Numbered from the stretch's first letter, positions 10,756 to 21,107 are shown. The stretch: DNA of 64,000 nt from Candidatus Methanomethylophilaceae archaeon (GCA_050950505.1 JBMNHS010000001.1:864001-928000); one strand, 5' to 3'. A program made the numbers and translations. Notes: a model not told the origin generated them from the sequence alone.

Positions 10756-10772
10756 TTGGATGTATAATCCAA
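10756..10772. promoter_or_regulatory. Operator palindrome, copy 5 of 6
   Basis: TTGGAtgtataaTCCAA upstream of the binding-protein start. Confidence 0.7.
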
Positions 10773-10845
10773 CTTATAATAATCCACTCCATATTAAGCC
10801 GTTTCGCATCTACAGATTAAAGGAAAAAAATCATTGTTATATATG

Positions 10846-10862
10846 TTGGACATATTATCCAA
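10846..10862. promoter_or_regulatory. Operator palindrome, copy 6 of 6
   Basis: TTGGAcatattaTCCAA immediately upstream of the permease ATG. Confidence 0.7.
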
Positions 10863-10866
10863 CCAA

Positions 10867-11943
10867 ATGAGGGATAACGTTAGTAAATTTGAAGAATACC
10901 GAAGGGGAAATTCCTCCAAAATACTCTTCATAATCGTGTGCGTCGTGCTGTTGTTGATAGCGGCGCTAGTGTCCCTCTCAGTCGGAACAAGAATAGGATT
11001 CGGCAGAACTGCCGAGGTTGTGTTCAACCATTTAACCGGAGTGACGTATCCCAAAAGGTCGCCAGAATGGTGGGAAGATTACTATATTTTTCAAAACGTA
11101 ATGCCTGAAGTCGTGGTGGCGATCATAGCGGGAGCGGGTCTCGCAGTCACCGGAGTCATCATGCAGAGCATAATGAACAACCCCTTGGCAGATCCATACA
11201 CCACAGGTATTTCCTCAGGCGCCAGTCTTGGAGCCGTAACTGCCATAATAATGGGTTACACATTCAGTTCCATCGCAGGTGAAATGGGCATTGTGTCCAA
11301 TGCATTCATCGGCGCAATGGTTCCAGCGCTGATTATTATTCTGTTATCGAAACGAGTGGGCAATTCTCCGGCGACGATTATCCTCATTGGTACTGCAATC
11401 TCATATTTCTTCAATGCTTTGACAACGCTGATTATGATTACCGCCGATTCTGAAGCCCTCCAATCGGCGTATATGTGGCAGATAGGCAGTGTTGCCGGTG
11501 TTTCATGGAGCAGCATACCTTTGATGCTGGTAATTGTGACGGCTTCTTCGATTTTTGCAATTTTGCTTTCCCGATCGTTGAACCTTATGACATTGGGTGA
11601 TGAAAGCGCAAGATCGCTGGGTATGGATGCGGAAAGGCTCAGGATGGTATGCATCATGGTTTCTTCATTTCTCATTGCGTCCATCGTCAGTTATACAGGA
11701 ATAATAGGATTTGTAGGTCTGGTTTCCCCCCATATAGTAAGATTTGTTGTAGGAAGCGACAACAGATTTGTTATCCCCGCATCAATAGTCGCGGGGGCGC
11801 TTTTGCTCACGGTGGCGTTGATGCTGTCCCGCTTGCTCAATTCCTTCGGATACATTCCGATAGGTGTGGTCGTTTCGTTCATAGGGGCACCCATATTCCT
11901 GTATCTCGTGGTCCGGGACAAGTCGGGGAGGGAGATATGGTGA
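10867..11943 (+). CDS. FecCD/BtuC family ABC permease
   Basis: NNPLADPYTTGISSGA, LGDESARSLG, GIIGFVGLVSPH, GAPIFL. Confidence 0.9.
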   Translation: MRDNVSKFEEYRRGNSSKILFIIVCVVLLLIAALVSLSVGTRIGFGRTAEVVFNHLTGVTYPKRSPEWWEDYYIFQNVMPEVVVAIIAGAGLAVTGVIMQSIMNNPLADPYTTGISSGASLGAVTAIIMGYTFSSIAGEMGIVSNAFIGAMVPALIIILLSKRVGNSPATIILIGTAISYFFNALTTLIMITADSEALQSAYMWQIGSVAGVSWSSIPLMLVIVTASSIFAILLSRSLNLMTLGDESARSLGMDAERLRMVCIMVSSFLIASIVSYTGIIGFVGLVSPHIVRFVVGSDNRFVIPASIVAGALLLTVALMLSRLLNSFGYIPIGVVVSFIGAPIFLYLVVRDKSGREIW

Positions 11944-13001
11944 ATTCCAAATCCTTGCAGAAGAAAATGTACCTGTCTTCTGCCCGTAAAAAAATAATGT
12001 TCATATTATTATGTGCGATACTGACGGTTATTGTATTCATATACTATCTCAAAGTGGGATTTTATTCGACGACCATGTCGGATATTTTCGAAATAATATC
12101 CGCGCATTTCACAGGCAAAGAAGTCGATTATCAGGCAGATTTGATTATATGGGGTAAAAGAATCCCTCGTGCAATAATGGCCGTATTCTGCGGAGCCAGC
12201 CTTGCGGTCGGAGGGGCAGTTATACAGACGGTGTTAAGAAATCCCCTTACGGATTCTTACACCACAGGCATATCTTCCGGAGCCTTTCTCGGAGTAACGT
12301 TGTTCCTAATACTGGATATATCGTTAATCCCATCCGCTCAGAACCTGTCGCTAGTGTTCAATGCCTTTTTGTTTTCATTGATACCTGTTGCCGCAATATT
12401 GGTGGTTTCAGGAAAGAAGCGGGTGACGGCGTCCAGACTGATACTCACCGGAATAGCGGTCATGTATTTGTTTTCGGCAACGTCGACTTTGCTGATGGTT
12501 TCGACAGACCATGAGACTCTCTCCGAAGCATATTCCTGGAGAATAGGCACGCTTGCAAACACCGGTTGGATATCCGTACCCATTGTCGTGACGGTCACCG
12601 TCATATGCATTCTGTTTCTGTTCAGCAAATCCAGGGAATTCAACATTGTTTCGGCCGGCGAGAAAGTTGCACAATCCCTCGGTGTCAATTCGAAAAAAGT
12701 CACCGTCATGGCTTTGATTGTCGTGGCCTTCATGACGGCGAGTTCCGTCAGTTTCACGGGAACAATAGGATTCGTCGGACTGGTCGCTCCTCATATCTCA
12801 AGAATTTTCATTGGATCCGATTGCAGATATCTGATCCCGGCATCGGCCTTCGTCGGAGCTTTGTTTTTATTGTCAATGGATGCAATTGCGAAAGTTTCCG
12901 GAGATTTGGGACTGCCTGTGGGAGTCATCAGTGCACTGATAGGTGCGCCGCTGTTCGTGATAATTCTGGTAAAAAACAAAAAAACAGCCTGGGATATATG
13001 A
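11937..13001 (+). CDS. FecCD/BtuC family ABC permease (second)
   Basis: RIPRAIMA, RNPLTDSYTTGISSGA, GTIGFVGLVAPH. Likely start MVNSKS overlapping the previous stop. Confidence 0.9.
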   Translation: MVNSKSLQKKMYLSSARKKIMFILLCAILTVIVFIYYLKVGFYSTTMSDIFEIISAHFTGKEVDYQADLIIWGKRIPRAIMAVFCGASLAVGGAVIQTVLRNPLTDSYTTGISSGAFLGVTLFLILDISLIPSAQNLSLVFNAFLFSLIPVAAILVVSGKKRVTASRLILTGIAVMYLFSATSTLLMVSTDHETLSEAYSWRIGTLANTGWISVPIVVTVTVICILFLFSKSREFNIVSAGEKVAQSLGVNSKKVTVMALIVVAFMTASSVSFTGTIGFVGLVAPHISRIFIGSDCRYLIPASAFVGALFLLSMDAIAKVSGDLGLPVGVISALIGAPLFVIILVKNKKTAWDI

Positions 13002-13150
13002 CCGACAGCTTCGTAGGAAAACATACCGAATATAATCGAAGAGAGCCCCCAGTCATCCTTATAAATAAGACCTGCATATTCTGCCACGAAATTAAGCGAT
13101 GTCTGCGTTGAAGTCGCAGGCGGTTTGACTTCAGATCTAAGTGATATTAT

Positions 13151-14587
13151 ATGATCTCGAACTTTACAAAATTAGGTATTGCGGAAGATGCGGCAAAAGC
13201 CATGTTGGACATGGGCTGGGAAACCCCCACCCCCATCCAAGAAGCCGCGGTTCCCATAGGATTGGAAGGGCAGGATATGTTTGCCCAGGCTCAGACCGGT
13301 ACGGGAAAAACCGGGTGCTACGGTTCCATAATCATCGGCAAAACGGAAGCCGAACAGAAAACGCCCCATTCAATCATTCTCGTTCCCACAAGGGAACTGG
13401 CGGTACAGGTTTCCAAAGAGCTTTCGGCTCTTTCGAAATATACGAAACACGTGAGCATACCGATTTACGGCGGCGTCAGCATAGACGGACAGATCAAGAA
13501 ACTCAACAACGGCGTCGACATAATAGCCGGAACGCCCGGAAGGGTCAAGGATCTCATGAGGCAGGGCGCGTTGAACCTGTCCGCGATAAAAGTCGTGGTG
13601 TTGGACGAAGCCGACCGCATGCTGGAAATGGGATTCATCGAAGACATCGAAGATATTCTCAAAATGATGCCTGTCGAAAGGCAGACTCTTCTGATGTCGG
13701 CAACCATGCCGGAAGACATCAAACGTCTTTCTTACGACTATATGAAAAAGCCTGTCGAAATCAGTGTTTCCAGGGACGAAGTCGTTTTGGATCTTACAAA
13801 ACAGTACTACATCTCCATCGGCAGAAGAAACAAGTCCTGGGCATTGAGCAGGATACTTGACGCAAACAAATCCAAAGCGATTATTTTCTGCCAGACAAAG
13901 AGAATGGTGGACATGCTCGTCGAGCGTTTGGAACGTTACGATTACAAAGCGGAAGCAATCCATGGGGACATGCCCCAAAACAAGAGGGAAAAAGTCCTCA
14001 AGGAATTCAAGGACTTCCGCGAAGGCAAAGATGATGAAAAACGCACCGTGAGGATTCTCGTCGCTACCGATGTGGCCGCAAGGGGACTCGATGTGGAAGA
14101 CATCACCTTCGTAATAAACTACGACATGCCCGAAGACGTTGAAACTTACATCCACAGAATAGGAAGAACCGGCCGTGCCGGAAAAGAAGGCACAGCCATT
14201 TCATTCGTGACCGCGGAGGAAGAGCATCTCATTGACGAATTTGAGCTGAGGACCGAAATGGTCATCGAGAGGATGGAAGTTCCCGGTGTCGAAAAGGGCG
14301 AGAAAGACACCATACGGAAAGTGGTGGACTTCGATCAGGCCGCCGACGTGTTCGGAATGGTCAAGTTCGAAATAAGTCTCGGCAAGAAAGACGGACTGGG
14401 AAAAGTCGCCATATCCGACTTCATTGTAAGGAATGCCAGGATAATGGAATATGCCATCGGCGATATTGAAATCGGAAAGAATTCCTCCGTCATCGAAGTG
14501 CACAAAGACTTCGGCATGAAAATGACCAGGGATTTGGTTAAGGCAAAGTTTGACGGGAAAAGAATTAACGTACAGGTCGTACAGTAA
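13151..14587 (+). CDS. deaD: DEAD-box RNA helicase with DbpA-like C-terminal domain
   Basis: Q motif TPTPIQ, AQTGTGKT, PTRELA, LDEADRML, SAT, HRIGRTGRAG. Confidence 0.92.
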   Translation: MISNFTKLGIAEDAAKAMLDMGWETPTPIQEAAVPIGLEGQDMFAQAQTGTGKTGCYGSIIIGKTEAEQKTPHSIILVPTRELAVQVSKELSALSKYTKHVSIPIYGGVSIDGQIKKLNNGVDIIAGTPGRVKDLMRQGALNLSAIKVVVLDEADRMLEMGFIEDIEDILKMMPVERQTLLMSATMPEDIKRLSYDYMKKPVEISVSRDEVVLDLTKQYYISIGRRNKSWALSRILDANKSKAIIFCQTKRMVDMLVERLERYDYKAEAIHGDMPQNKREKVLKEFKDFREGKDDEKRTVRILVATDVAARGLDVEDITFVINYDMPEDVETYIHRIGRTGRAGKEGTAISFVTAEEEHLIDEFELRTEMVIERMEVPGVEKGEKDTIRKVVDFDQAADVFGMVKFEISLGKKDGLGKVAISDFIVRNARIMEYAIGDIEIGKNSSVIEVHKDFGMKMTRDLVKAKFDGKRINVQVVQ

Positions 14588-14620
14588 TCCTTCCCGCCAA
14601 ACCTCTTTTTTTTATTTGAA

Positions 14621-17242
14621 TCAGTTTCCGGAACCTATACCCAGCACAATCAGGATATTTCCCACCTGCAGGGTCTCCACCGCCATTCCGTCCAACATGA
14701 GACGGGTTTCCAGTTCAAAGAATTCCGGACCCAGTTCGTAAGTTTCCCCGGCTTCGATTGTAACCTTTCCGTATTCAATCTGTTCCGCAACGTCCTTAGG
14801 ATCCATCTTCGACAGAGCCGCGATTATGTCTTTGGCGCCGGCTTTGAAAGCAGGTCCCAGTTTAGCATGCACGGGTTTGATTCCGACGACCTCTTCCGAG
14901 ATTTCCGCGGATTCGGCGACGATTATGTTGACGGCTTTGGTGGTTTCCGAGATGTCGGCGATAGCGTCCTTCAACAGCACCGCGTCCTTGCCCACAAGTT
15001 CCAGTGAAGGAATTTCCGAGTTCAACGCTATTTTCTTGGATGATTTCCAGGCTCTGACGGAAGCGACCACTTCCTTCAGGATTTCCCCCTCGATTTCCGC
15101 GTTTGCGTCGTCAAGAAGAGGCTCGGGCCAGGAAGTGAGGTGTATGCTCTCGGTCCCTTCAAACTCTTTGAAGATTCTCTGGTACATCTCTTCGGTGACA
15201 TGGGGGAACAGAGGGGCAATCATCTTCAGAGAACCTAAGAAAACATTGTATAACGTGTACACAACGGCGTCGTCATCCCTTCCTTTGACCATTTCCACAT
15301 AGTGGTCGGCAAACTCATGCCAGATGAAAGATTCCAATGTTTTCAAAGCTCTGTCGAACTGATATTCTTCGTAAAAAGCACCGGCTTCTTCAACAACTCC
15401 CGAAAACTTGGAAAGTATCCATTTGTCCGATACGCGCAGCGTGTCGCAGGCATCGGCGGGTTTCTTTTTGAGGAATCTGGAAACGAAGAGTCCGAGGTTG
15501 AAGACTTTGTTGCAGAATCTTCCTCCGCGGACCACGTCCGGTTCTCTGAACGCATGGTCGATGCCCAGCGAACAGGTCGCGGCGTAATATCTGAGGGCGT
15601 CAGCGCCGTATTTTTCCAAAATGGGAACGGGATCGATGACGTTTCCGATGGACGAATGCATCGGCGTGCCGTCGGGAGACATAATAAATCCGTTGATCAT
15701 AACGTCGTCCCAGGGTTTTTTGCCGGTCATCTGTTCGGAACGCAGTATGGTATAGAACGCCCAGGTGCGTATGATGTCATGGGACTGAGGTCTCATGGAC
15801 ATCGGGTACAGTTTCTTGTGAAGCTCTTCGTCTCTTTTCCAGAATGTGTTGTAAAGAGCGGAACCGGAAGAATCCATCCAAGTGTCAAAGACGTCCGTGG
15901 ATCCTATCAGCTTTCCGCCGCATTCGGGACACTTTTCCACGGGGGGATTGTATTCAGTGGGATCGCAGTAAAGCATGTCTTCCGTGGCACACACGGCGCG
16001 ATCGCAATCCTCGCATTCCCAAATCGGAATCGGAGTGGCAAAAACTCTCTGTCTGCTGAGGACCCAGTCCCATTCAAGGGATTCGACCCAATCTATGAGG
16101 CGCACCTTCATGAATTCCGGGTGCCAGTTTATCTCGTCGGCTATTTTGAGAACCTGTTCTTTAAAATCCAAAGTTTTGAGGAACCACTGGGGAACCTGAA
16201 GATATTCGATGGGGGCTTTGCATCTCCAGCATACGGAGAGCTGCTGAGGGTTGTCCTTCTGATTGTCGAGAAGTCCCCGTTCCCTCAGGTCTTCGATCGA
16301 AGCTTTTCTGGCTTCGGTGACGGTCATCCCTTGGTATTTTCCGGCGATTTCGGTCATGTTGCCTGTTTCGTCAATCCCCTTTTCCATGGGAAGATGATAT
16401 TTCATGACCCATTCCAGATCGTCTTTGTCTCCGATGGTGCAGATCATGACGAACCCGGTTCCGTACGCAGGATCAACTTTGTCGTCGGCGATGACCTTTA
16501 CCCTCTTGCCGAACAGAGGCGTGACCAGTTCCTTTCCTACAAGGTGTGCCTTGTCCTCATCCTCGGGATGAACGGCGACAACCTGACAGGTGCAGAGAAG
16601 TTCCGGTCTCGTCGTTGCAATCAAAACTGAATCATCGGTGTCCGCAACGCCGAATTTTATGAAATTGAGTTTTGTTACGTTGTCCAAGTAATCCACTTCC
16701 GCATCCGCCAAAGCGGTCATGCATCTGGGACACCAATTGACGGGATAGTTTGCTTTGTAAACCAAGCCCCTGTTGAACAACTCGACGAAAGACAGTTGGG
16801 TGATTCTTCTGTAATACGGCGCATCCGTCTGATAGTAAATGCTGGGATCCATGCTTTCCCCGAGTTTCTCGAAGTCCCTGGTCATCTCGTCGATGAATCC
16901 GTTGGCGTAATCGCTGCAGAGTTTTCTGTACTCCGCACGGGGAAGATCCAGTTTGGTGATGTTGTGTTTCTTTTCCACCCTTACTTCGATCGGAGTTCCG
17001 TTGACATCAAAACAAAGAGGGAAGAATACGTTGAATCCCTTCATTCTCTTGTAGCGGGCGGCGAAATCGGATATGGAGTATCCGGTCGCGTGACCCAAAT
17101 GCATTGAACCCGAGGTGTACCGAGGGGGGTTATCTATGCTGAAGACGGGGGCGTCGGAGTTTTTGTCGAAACGGTAAATCTCCTTATCCTTCCACATCTT
17201 CTGCCATCGCCCCTCTATCGAAGAAGAGTCATACTGAGACAT
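14621..17242 (-). CDS. valS: Valine--tRNA ligase (archaeal type)
   Basis: DNPPRYTSGSMHLGH (HIGH), ATTRPELL, DVFDTWMDS, DIIRTWAFY. Start set at MSQYDS. Confidence 0.95.
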   Translation of the reverse strand: MSQYDSSSIEGRWQKMWKDKEIYRFDKNSDAPVFSIDNPPRYTSGSMHLGHATGYSISDFAARYKRMKGFNVFFPLCFDVNGTPIEVRVEKKHNITKLDLPRAEYRKLCSDYANGFIDEMTRDFEKLGESMDPSIYYQTDAPYYRRITQLSFVELFNRGLVYKANYPVNWCPRCMTALADAEVDYLDNVTKLNFIKFGVADTDDSVLIATTRPELLCTCQVVAVHPEDEDKAHLVGKELVTPLFGKRVKVIADDKVDPAYGTGFVMICTIGDKDDLEWVMKYHLPMEKGIDETGNMTEIAGKYQGMTVTEARKASIEDLRERGLLDNQKDNPQQLSVCWRCKAPIEYLQVPQWFLKTLDFKEQVLKIADEINWHPEFMKVRLIDWVESLEWDWVLSRQRVFATPIPIWECEDCDRAVCATEDMLYCDPTEYNPPVEKCPECGGKLIGSTDVFDTWMDSSGSALYNTFWKRDEELHKKLYPMSMRPQSHDIIRTWAFYTILRSEQMTGKKPWDDVMINGFIMSPDGTPMHSSIGNVIDPVPILEKYGADALRYYAATCSLGIDHAFREPDVVRGGRFCNKVFNLGLFVSRFLKKKPADACDTLRVSDKWILSKFSGVVEEAGAFYEEYQFDRALKTLESFIWHEFADHYVEMVKGRDDDAVVYTLYNVFLGSLKMIAPLFPHVTEEMYQRIFKEFEGTESIHLTSWPEPLLDDANAEIEGEILKEVVASVRAWKSSKKIALNSEIPSLELVGKDAVLLKDAIADISETTKAVNIIVAESAEISEEVVGIKPVHAKLGPAFKAGAKDIIAALSKMDPKDVAEQIEYGKVTIEAGETYELGPEFFELETRLMLDGMAVETLQVGNILIVLGIGSGN

Positions 17243-17304
17243 GTTGAACGGACTCATTATAAAAGTAGATAATAAAAGGTTTGCTGAAAGGGTTTGCCTT
17301 AAGC

Positions 17305-18480
17305 TCACTTCTTGCGCTGGCGGAATTTTACCTTGGTGTCCTTGAGATTCATCACGGAATCCGAGACTCTCTTCATGAGGCTCGAAGTGGTCATGACGAG
17401 ATCCCAACCGGTTTCCTTGTAACTCATAACTTTGCCCTTGAAGTACAATCTGGCGGTTATGCTGTACTTGAACCGTCCGCCGGTATCGTTGTATCGGGAC
17501 ACGTGAAGCATGAGACTTTCCGGAACGTAGACTTTGCTGATTTTGTTTATCTGTTCCTGGATGACGTCGTACATGGCGCCTCTGAGGTTCTTGTCCTGAT
17601 CCCTGAGTCCGCTGATCTGTATGAACATCATCTCTCTTTCCCTGCAGGCGGAGATGACTTCGATTATGTCGTACTGGGTAAGTATACCCACGAGCTTTCC
17701 TCCTTCCACAACGGGCAGAGTCGAAATGTCTTCCTTCACCATGATTCCGGCCGCTTTCTGAACGGTGTCGTCCCAGTTTATGACCGTGGGGGAATGAACA
17801 TAAACGGACTTGAGGGTCACGTCGGCCCTTGTCTTCTTTTCGAAGTCGCCGATAATCTTGGTATCATCCTTCCAGATGAGGTCGATGACCTCTTTCATGC
17901 CTATGACGCCCACAACGTCGTCTTCATCGTTGACCACGGGTATGGTCAAAGTATCCAATTCGGTCATGATGTCGTAAGCATCGGACAGCATGCCGTCGGA
18001 AGCGACTCTCTTGACGGGATTCGTCATGAGTTCCCATACTTTGATTTCGCTGAGGGCCTTCAATTCCGATGCGATGCCGACCAGAGTATTTCTGGAAACG
18101 AGGCCGACAACCTTTTTTCCGTCCATCACGGGAAGCTGTCTGCAGTTGTTTGCAGTCATGGCTTCGGCAATCACGGTTATTTCATCCGAAGTACTCAGAA
18201 TCGGAACTCCTTCAATCAGGTTCTTCACCTTGTTATCCATATTCGCGCTCTTTTTCTTAAGAACGGATGTGTAGCTCACAACTCCCAAATAATTCCCGTC
18301 TTCCAAAACAGGGATTTCTTGGTAGTTGCTCTTTTTCATGACCTGCAGAACGTCGGACAAACGGTCCTCGGGGCTTACGGTCGGAAAATCGGTGTCCATT
18401 ACCTCTTCGACGGGATTAGCGTCGATCTGGGCTCTGAGCATGGATAACCTTCTCGGATCCTCTAGATCTTTCAATACCAT
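17305..18480 (-). CDS. Multi-CBS domain protein with C-terminal HPF/RaiA-like domain (candidate ribosome hibernation factor)
   Basis: Four CBS repeats followed by about 110 aa with a beta-alpha-beta-beta-beta-alpha pattern and basic tail. Confidence 0.7.
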   Translation of the reverse strand: MVLKDLEDPRRLSMLRAQIDANPVEEVMDTDFPTVSPEDRLSDVLQVMKKSNYQEIPVLEDGNYLGVVSYTSVLKKKSANMDNKVKNLIEGVPILSTSDEITVIAEAMTANNCRQLPVMDGKKVVGLVSRNTLVGIASELKALSEIKVWELMTNPVKRVASDGMLSDAYDIMTELDTLTIPVVNDEDDVVGVIGMKEVIDLIWKDDTKIIGDFEKKTRADVTLKSVYVHSPTVINWDDTVQKAAGIMVKEDISTLPVVEGGKLVGILTQYDIIEVISACREREMMFIQISGLRDQDKNLRGAMYDVIQEQINKISKVYVPESLMLHVSRYNDTGGRFKYSITARLYFKGKVMSYKETGWDLVMTTSSLMKRVSDSVMNLKDTKVKFRQRKK

Positions 18481-18559
18481 TGATTAATCCTCAGTGATAT
18501 ATCGTGTTCAATATCTTTATAATTTGGTTCCGAGGGGCCAGTGGCGCCCTCGGATTGAT

Positions 18560-20269
18560 TTAAAGCGTTGAGAATTCCCTTCCGCCAATCAGCTGGCGGA
18601 GGATGTCGGCGACTTTGTCAGCAGGTATGCGTTTCTGATCGCCGGTATCCCTCTCTCTGATGGTGACGGTTCCTTTGTCGGGACCTTTCAGGGATTCGTA
18701 ATCCACGGTGATGCACCAAGGTGTGCCGATTTCGTCGATTCTTGCGTAACGTCTTCCGATGGTGCCCGAATCGTCATAGAATGCGGGAAGATCGGAGGAG
18801 TGAACTTCAGAGTATATTTTCTTGGCAAGATCGTCAAGACCGTCTTTTCCCATAAGGGGGAAGATGCCGACTTTGACGGGGGCAACACCGGGAACGAGTC
18901 TGAGAACCGAATAGCCTCTCTTTTCGTCTTCGAAATAGGCGTGTTCCAACACGGAGTAGAATATTCTGTCCAAACCGTAGGAAGGCTCTATCACGTGGGG
19001 TATCACGCGTTTTCCGTTCACTTTTTCGGTCACTTCCCTGACTTCGAAGAATTCGTCGGTAAGCACGGTTTCCTCACCCTCGATGTTAAGAATGATTTTT
19101 CCGTCTTTCACGTCTTCTTCGTTTTTGGATTCGAGGGCGGCGGCGATGATTTTCGCCTTGTCTTTGAAGGCCGGACCGAGCTTTTTGTGGTTCGCGACGA
19201 CTTTGTTGAAAGTCATTTCCTTGGGCTCGTCGAACATTTCGAAATGGGAAAGATCCTCACCGGAGAACTGTGAATGTCTGGACAGATCCCAGCATCCTCT
19301 GTCGGCAATGCCGGTGACTTCGGTCCATCCGTAGGACAGCAGCACTTCGGCATCCCAGCAGTCTTCGGCATAGTGAGCCTTTTCGTCCTCCAGATGCTGC
19401 CTGAATCTCAGCTTGTCCGTATTGATTCCCAATCTTTCCAAAAGCTGTTTAGTGGTGTATATGAAATAAGCCAGTACGGGATTTGCGATGATTCCTCCGT
19501 CAACGGCTTCTCCGACGGTCATTTCGACCGTCTTGTCGGAGTCGTTGGGCAGAAGAGTAAGTTTTCCGTCTTTGATTTCGGGATACCTCGACCATCCTTT
19601 GTCTTCGGGACTGACGAACAATTCAACCTCCATCATGTTGAATTCCCTCATCCTGATCATTCCCTGACGGGGAGAAATCTCGTTTCTGTACCCTCTTCCG
19701 GTCTGAATGACCCCCAAGGGAAGTTTCTCGCGGTTGTATCTGTACAGGTTCGGGAAGTTTACGAAAATTCCCTGTGCGGTCTCCGGCCTTAAATATCCGA
19801 CTCTGGACGAACCGGGACCGATGGTGGTTTTGAACATAAGATTGAAGTCTTCAACCCTGCCCAGTCCGCCTCCGCATTCGGGACACCTGATGTCAAACTT
19901 TTCAAAAGCCTCTTCCAGGTCGGAAGGGCTCATGGTGTCCGGATTGTCACAGAAGTCCTTCACGAGATGATCGGCCCTGAAGGGAAGCTGACATTCGGAA
20001 CAGTTGGTCATGAGGTCGGAAAACTGTTCAACGTGTCCGGAGGCTTTGAAAACATCTTCGGGATTGACGGTTTCGGAATCTATCTCGACGAATCCTTCGC
20101 GTACTTTGTAGATGTCCCTCCAGGCTTCGAGAATGTTGTTTCTCATGACGCATCCGAGAGGGCCGTAGTCAAACATGCCGGCAACCCCCCCGTAAAGTTC
20201 GAAGGAAGGCCATATGTACCCTCTGCGTTTGCAGACGGCCATTAATTCAGTGCTGATGTCTTTACTCAT
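18560..20269 (-). CDS. glyS: Glycine--tRNA ligase (alpha2, archaeal/eukaryotic type)
   Basis: YDYGPLG-like, YLRPETAQGIF, RNEISPRQGMIRMREF, VIEPSYGLDR, IGRRYARIDEIG. Confidence 0.95.
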   Translation of the reverse strand: MSKDISTELMAVCKRRGYIWPSFELYGGVAGMFDYGPLGCVMRNNILEAWRDIYKVREGFVEIDSETVNPEDVFKASGHVEQFSDLMTNCSECQLPFRADHLVKDFCDNPDTMSPSDLEEAFEKFDIRCPECGGGLGRVEDFNLMFKTTIGPGSSRVGYLRPETAQGIFVNFPNLYRYNREKLPLGVIQTGRGYRNEISPRQGMIRMREFNMMEVELFVSPEDKGWSRYPEIKDGKLTLLPNDSDKTVEMTVGEAVDGGIIANPVLAYFIYTTKQLLERLGINTDKLRFRQHLEDEKAHYAEDCWDAEVLLSYGWTEVTGIADRGCWDLSRHSQFSGEDLSHFEMFDEPKEMTFNKVVANHKKLGPAFKDKAKIIAAALESKNEEDVKDGKIILNIEGEETVLTDEFFEVREVTEKVNGKRVIPHVIEPSYGLDRIFYSVLEHAYFEDEKRGYSVLRLVPGVAPVKVGIFPLMGKDGLDDLAKKIYSEVHSSDLPAFYDDSGTIGRRYARIDEIGTPWCITVDYESLKGPDKGTVTIRERDTGDQKRIPADKVADILRQLIGGREFSTL

Positions 20270-21107
20270 TTGAATTACCAATCAGCGCAATGAGTATGTC
20301 CACGTCGTAAAGCATTCCGATAAGTTCGTCTTTGGATCCTCTGACGGGTATCTGACCGAAGTCGTGCAGTTTCATGAGTTTGGCAACTTCCGATATGGAT
20401 GTTTTCTTGTACACCGTAATCGGATCCCTGATCATGAAGTCGCTGACGTCTTTGTCCTCGTTGAGATATTTGTCGGTGGCGGTGTAGAACAGCGGCAGGA
20501 CGTTTCTGTATCCGGCAAGAGTGGTATCTTCGATACCCAGGATTTTCATGGCTTCCGGATCCCCGGCCTGATCGCTGAAAAGGTCACGGTCGGTTATTAT
20601 TCCCACAAGGTTTCCGGTGGCGTCCAACACCGGCATGGCAGGGACGTCGCTGATTCTCATGGCGGGAACGGTGTAGGAAAGAGGTTCGTGTTCCCATGCG
20701 GTGACGCAGGTCGTCTGAATCGCCTCTTCGGCGGTTATTTTACTTTTCAAGGCCCTCACGTCATCCATCAAATCGGTGGGCGTGATGATTCCCACAAGTT
20801 TTCCGTCTTCGGTGACGGGGAGTCTGTGGAATCTTTTCCTGAAGAAAATTTCAGCCGCTTCACGGACGGTGGTGTCCACGTCGACGGACATGGGGTCCTT
20901 CCTCATTATGAGTGACAACTGGTCCTCCTCAAAGTTGTTGAATATGTCTTTTCTGGACACAACACCAACAAGTCTTCCGTCGGAACCGCGGATGACCGGA
21001 AGTCCCGTGAGGTCGTTTCTGACCATTATGTTGACAGCTTCGTTTCTTGTTCCCGGCACCTCTGCTACAATGGGTGCCAGTGTCATTATCTCGGATACTT
21101 TTTTCAT
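20262..21107 (-). CDS. CBS domain-containing protein
   Basis: Four CBS repeats ([16 protein letters not shown]; [14 protein letters not shown]; [18 protein letters not shown]). Confidence 0.85.
   Translation of the reverse strand: MKKVSEIMTLAPIVAEVPGTRNEAVNIMVRNDLTGLPVIRGSDGRLVGVVSRKDIFNNFEEDQLSLIMRKDPMSVDVDTTVREAAEIFFRKRFHRLPVTEDGKLVGIITPTDLMDDVRALKSKITAEEAIQTTCVTAWEHEPLSYTVPAMRISDVPAMPVLDATGNLVGIITDRDLFSDQAGDPEAMKILGIEDTTLAGYRNVLPLFYTATDKYLNEDKDVSDFMIRDPITVYKKTSISEVAKLMKLHDFGQIPVRGSKDELIGMLYDVDILIALIGNSNE

Noticed and set aside
17243-17407. N-terminal extension of ValS
   Set aside because: Overlaps the upstream CBS gene and promoter; homology begins at MSQYDS.
15302-18447. Long antisense ORFs (442 aa and 388 aa) opposite valS and the CBS gene
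   Set aside because: Shadow frames of real genes, with no motifs.
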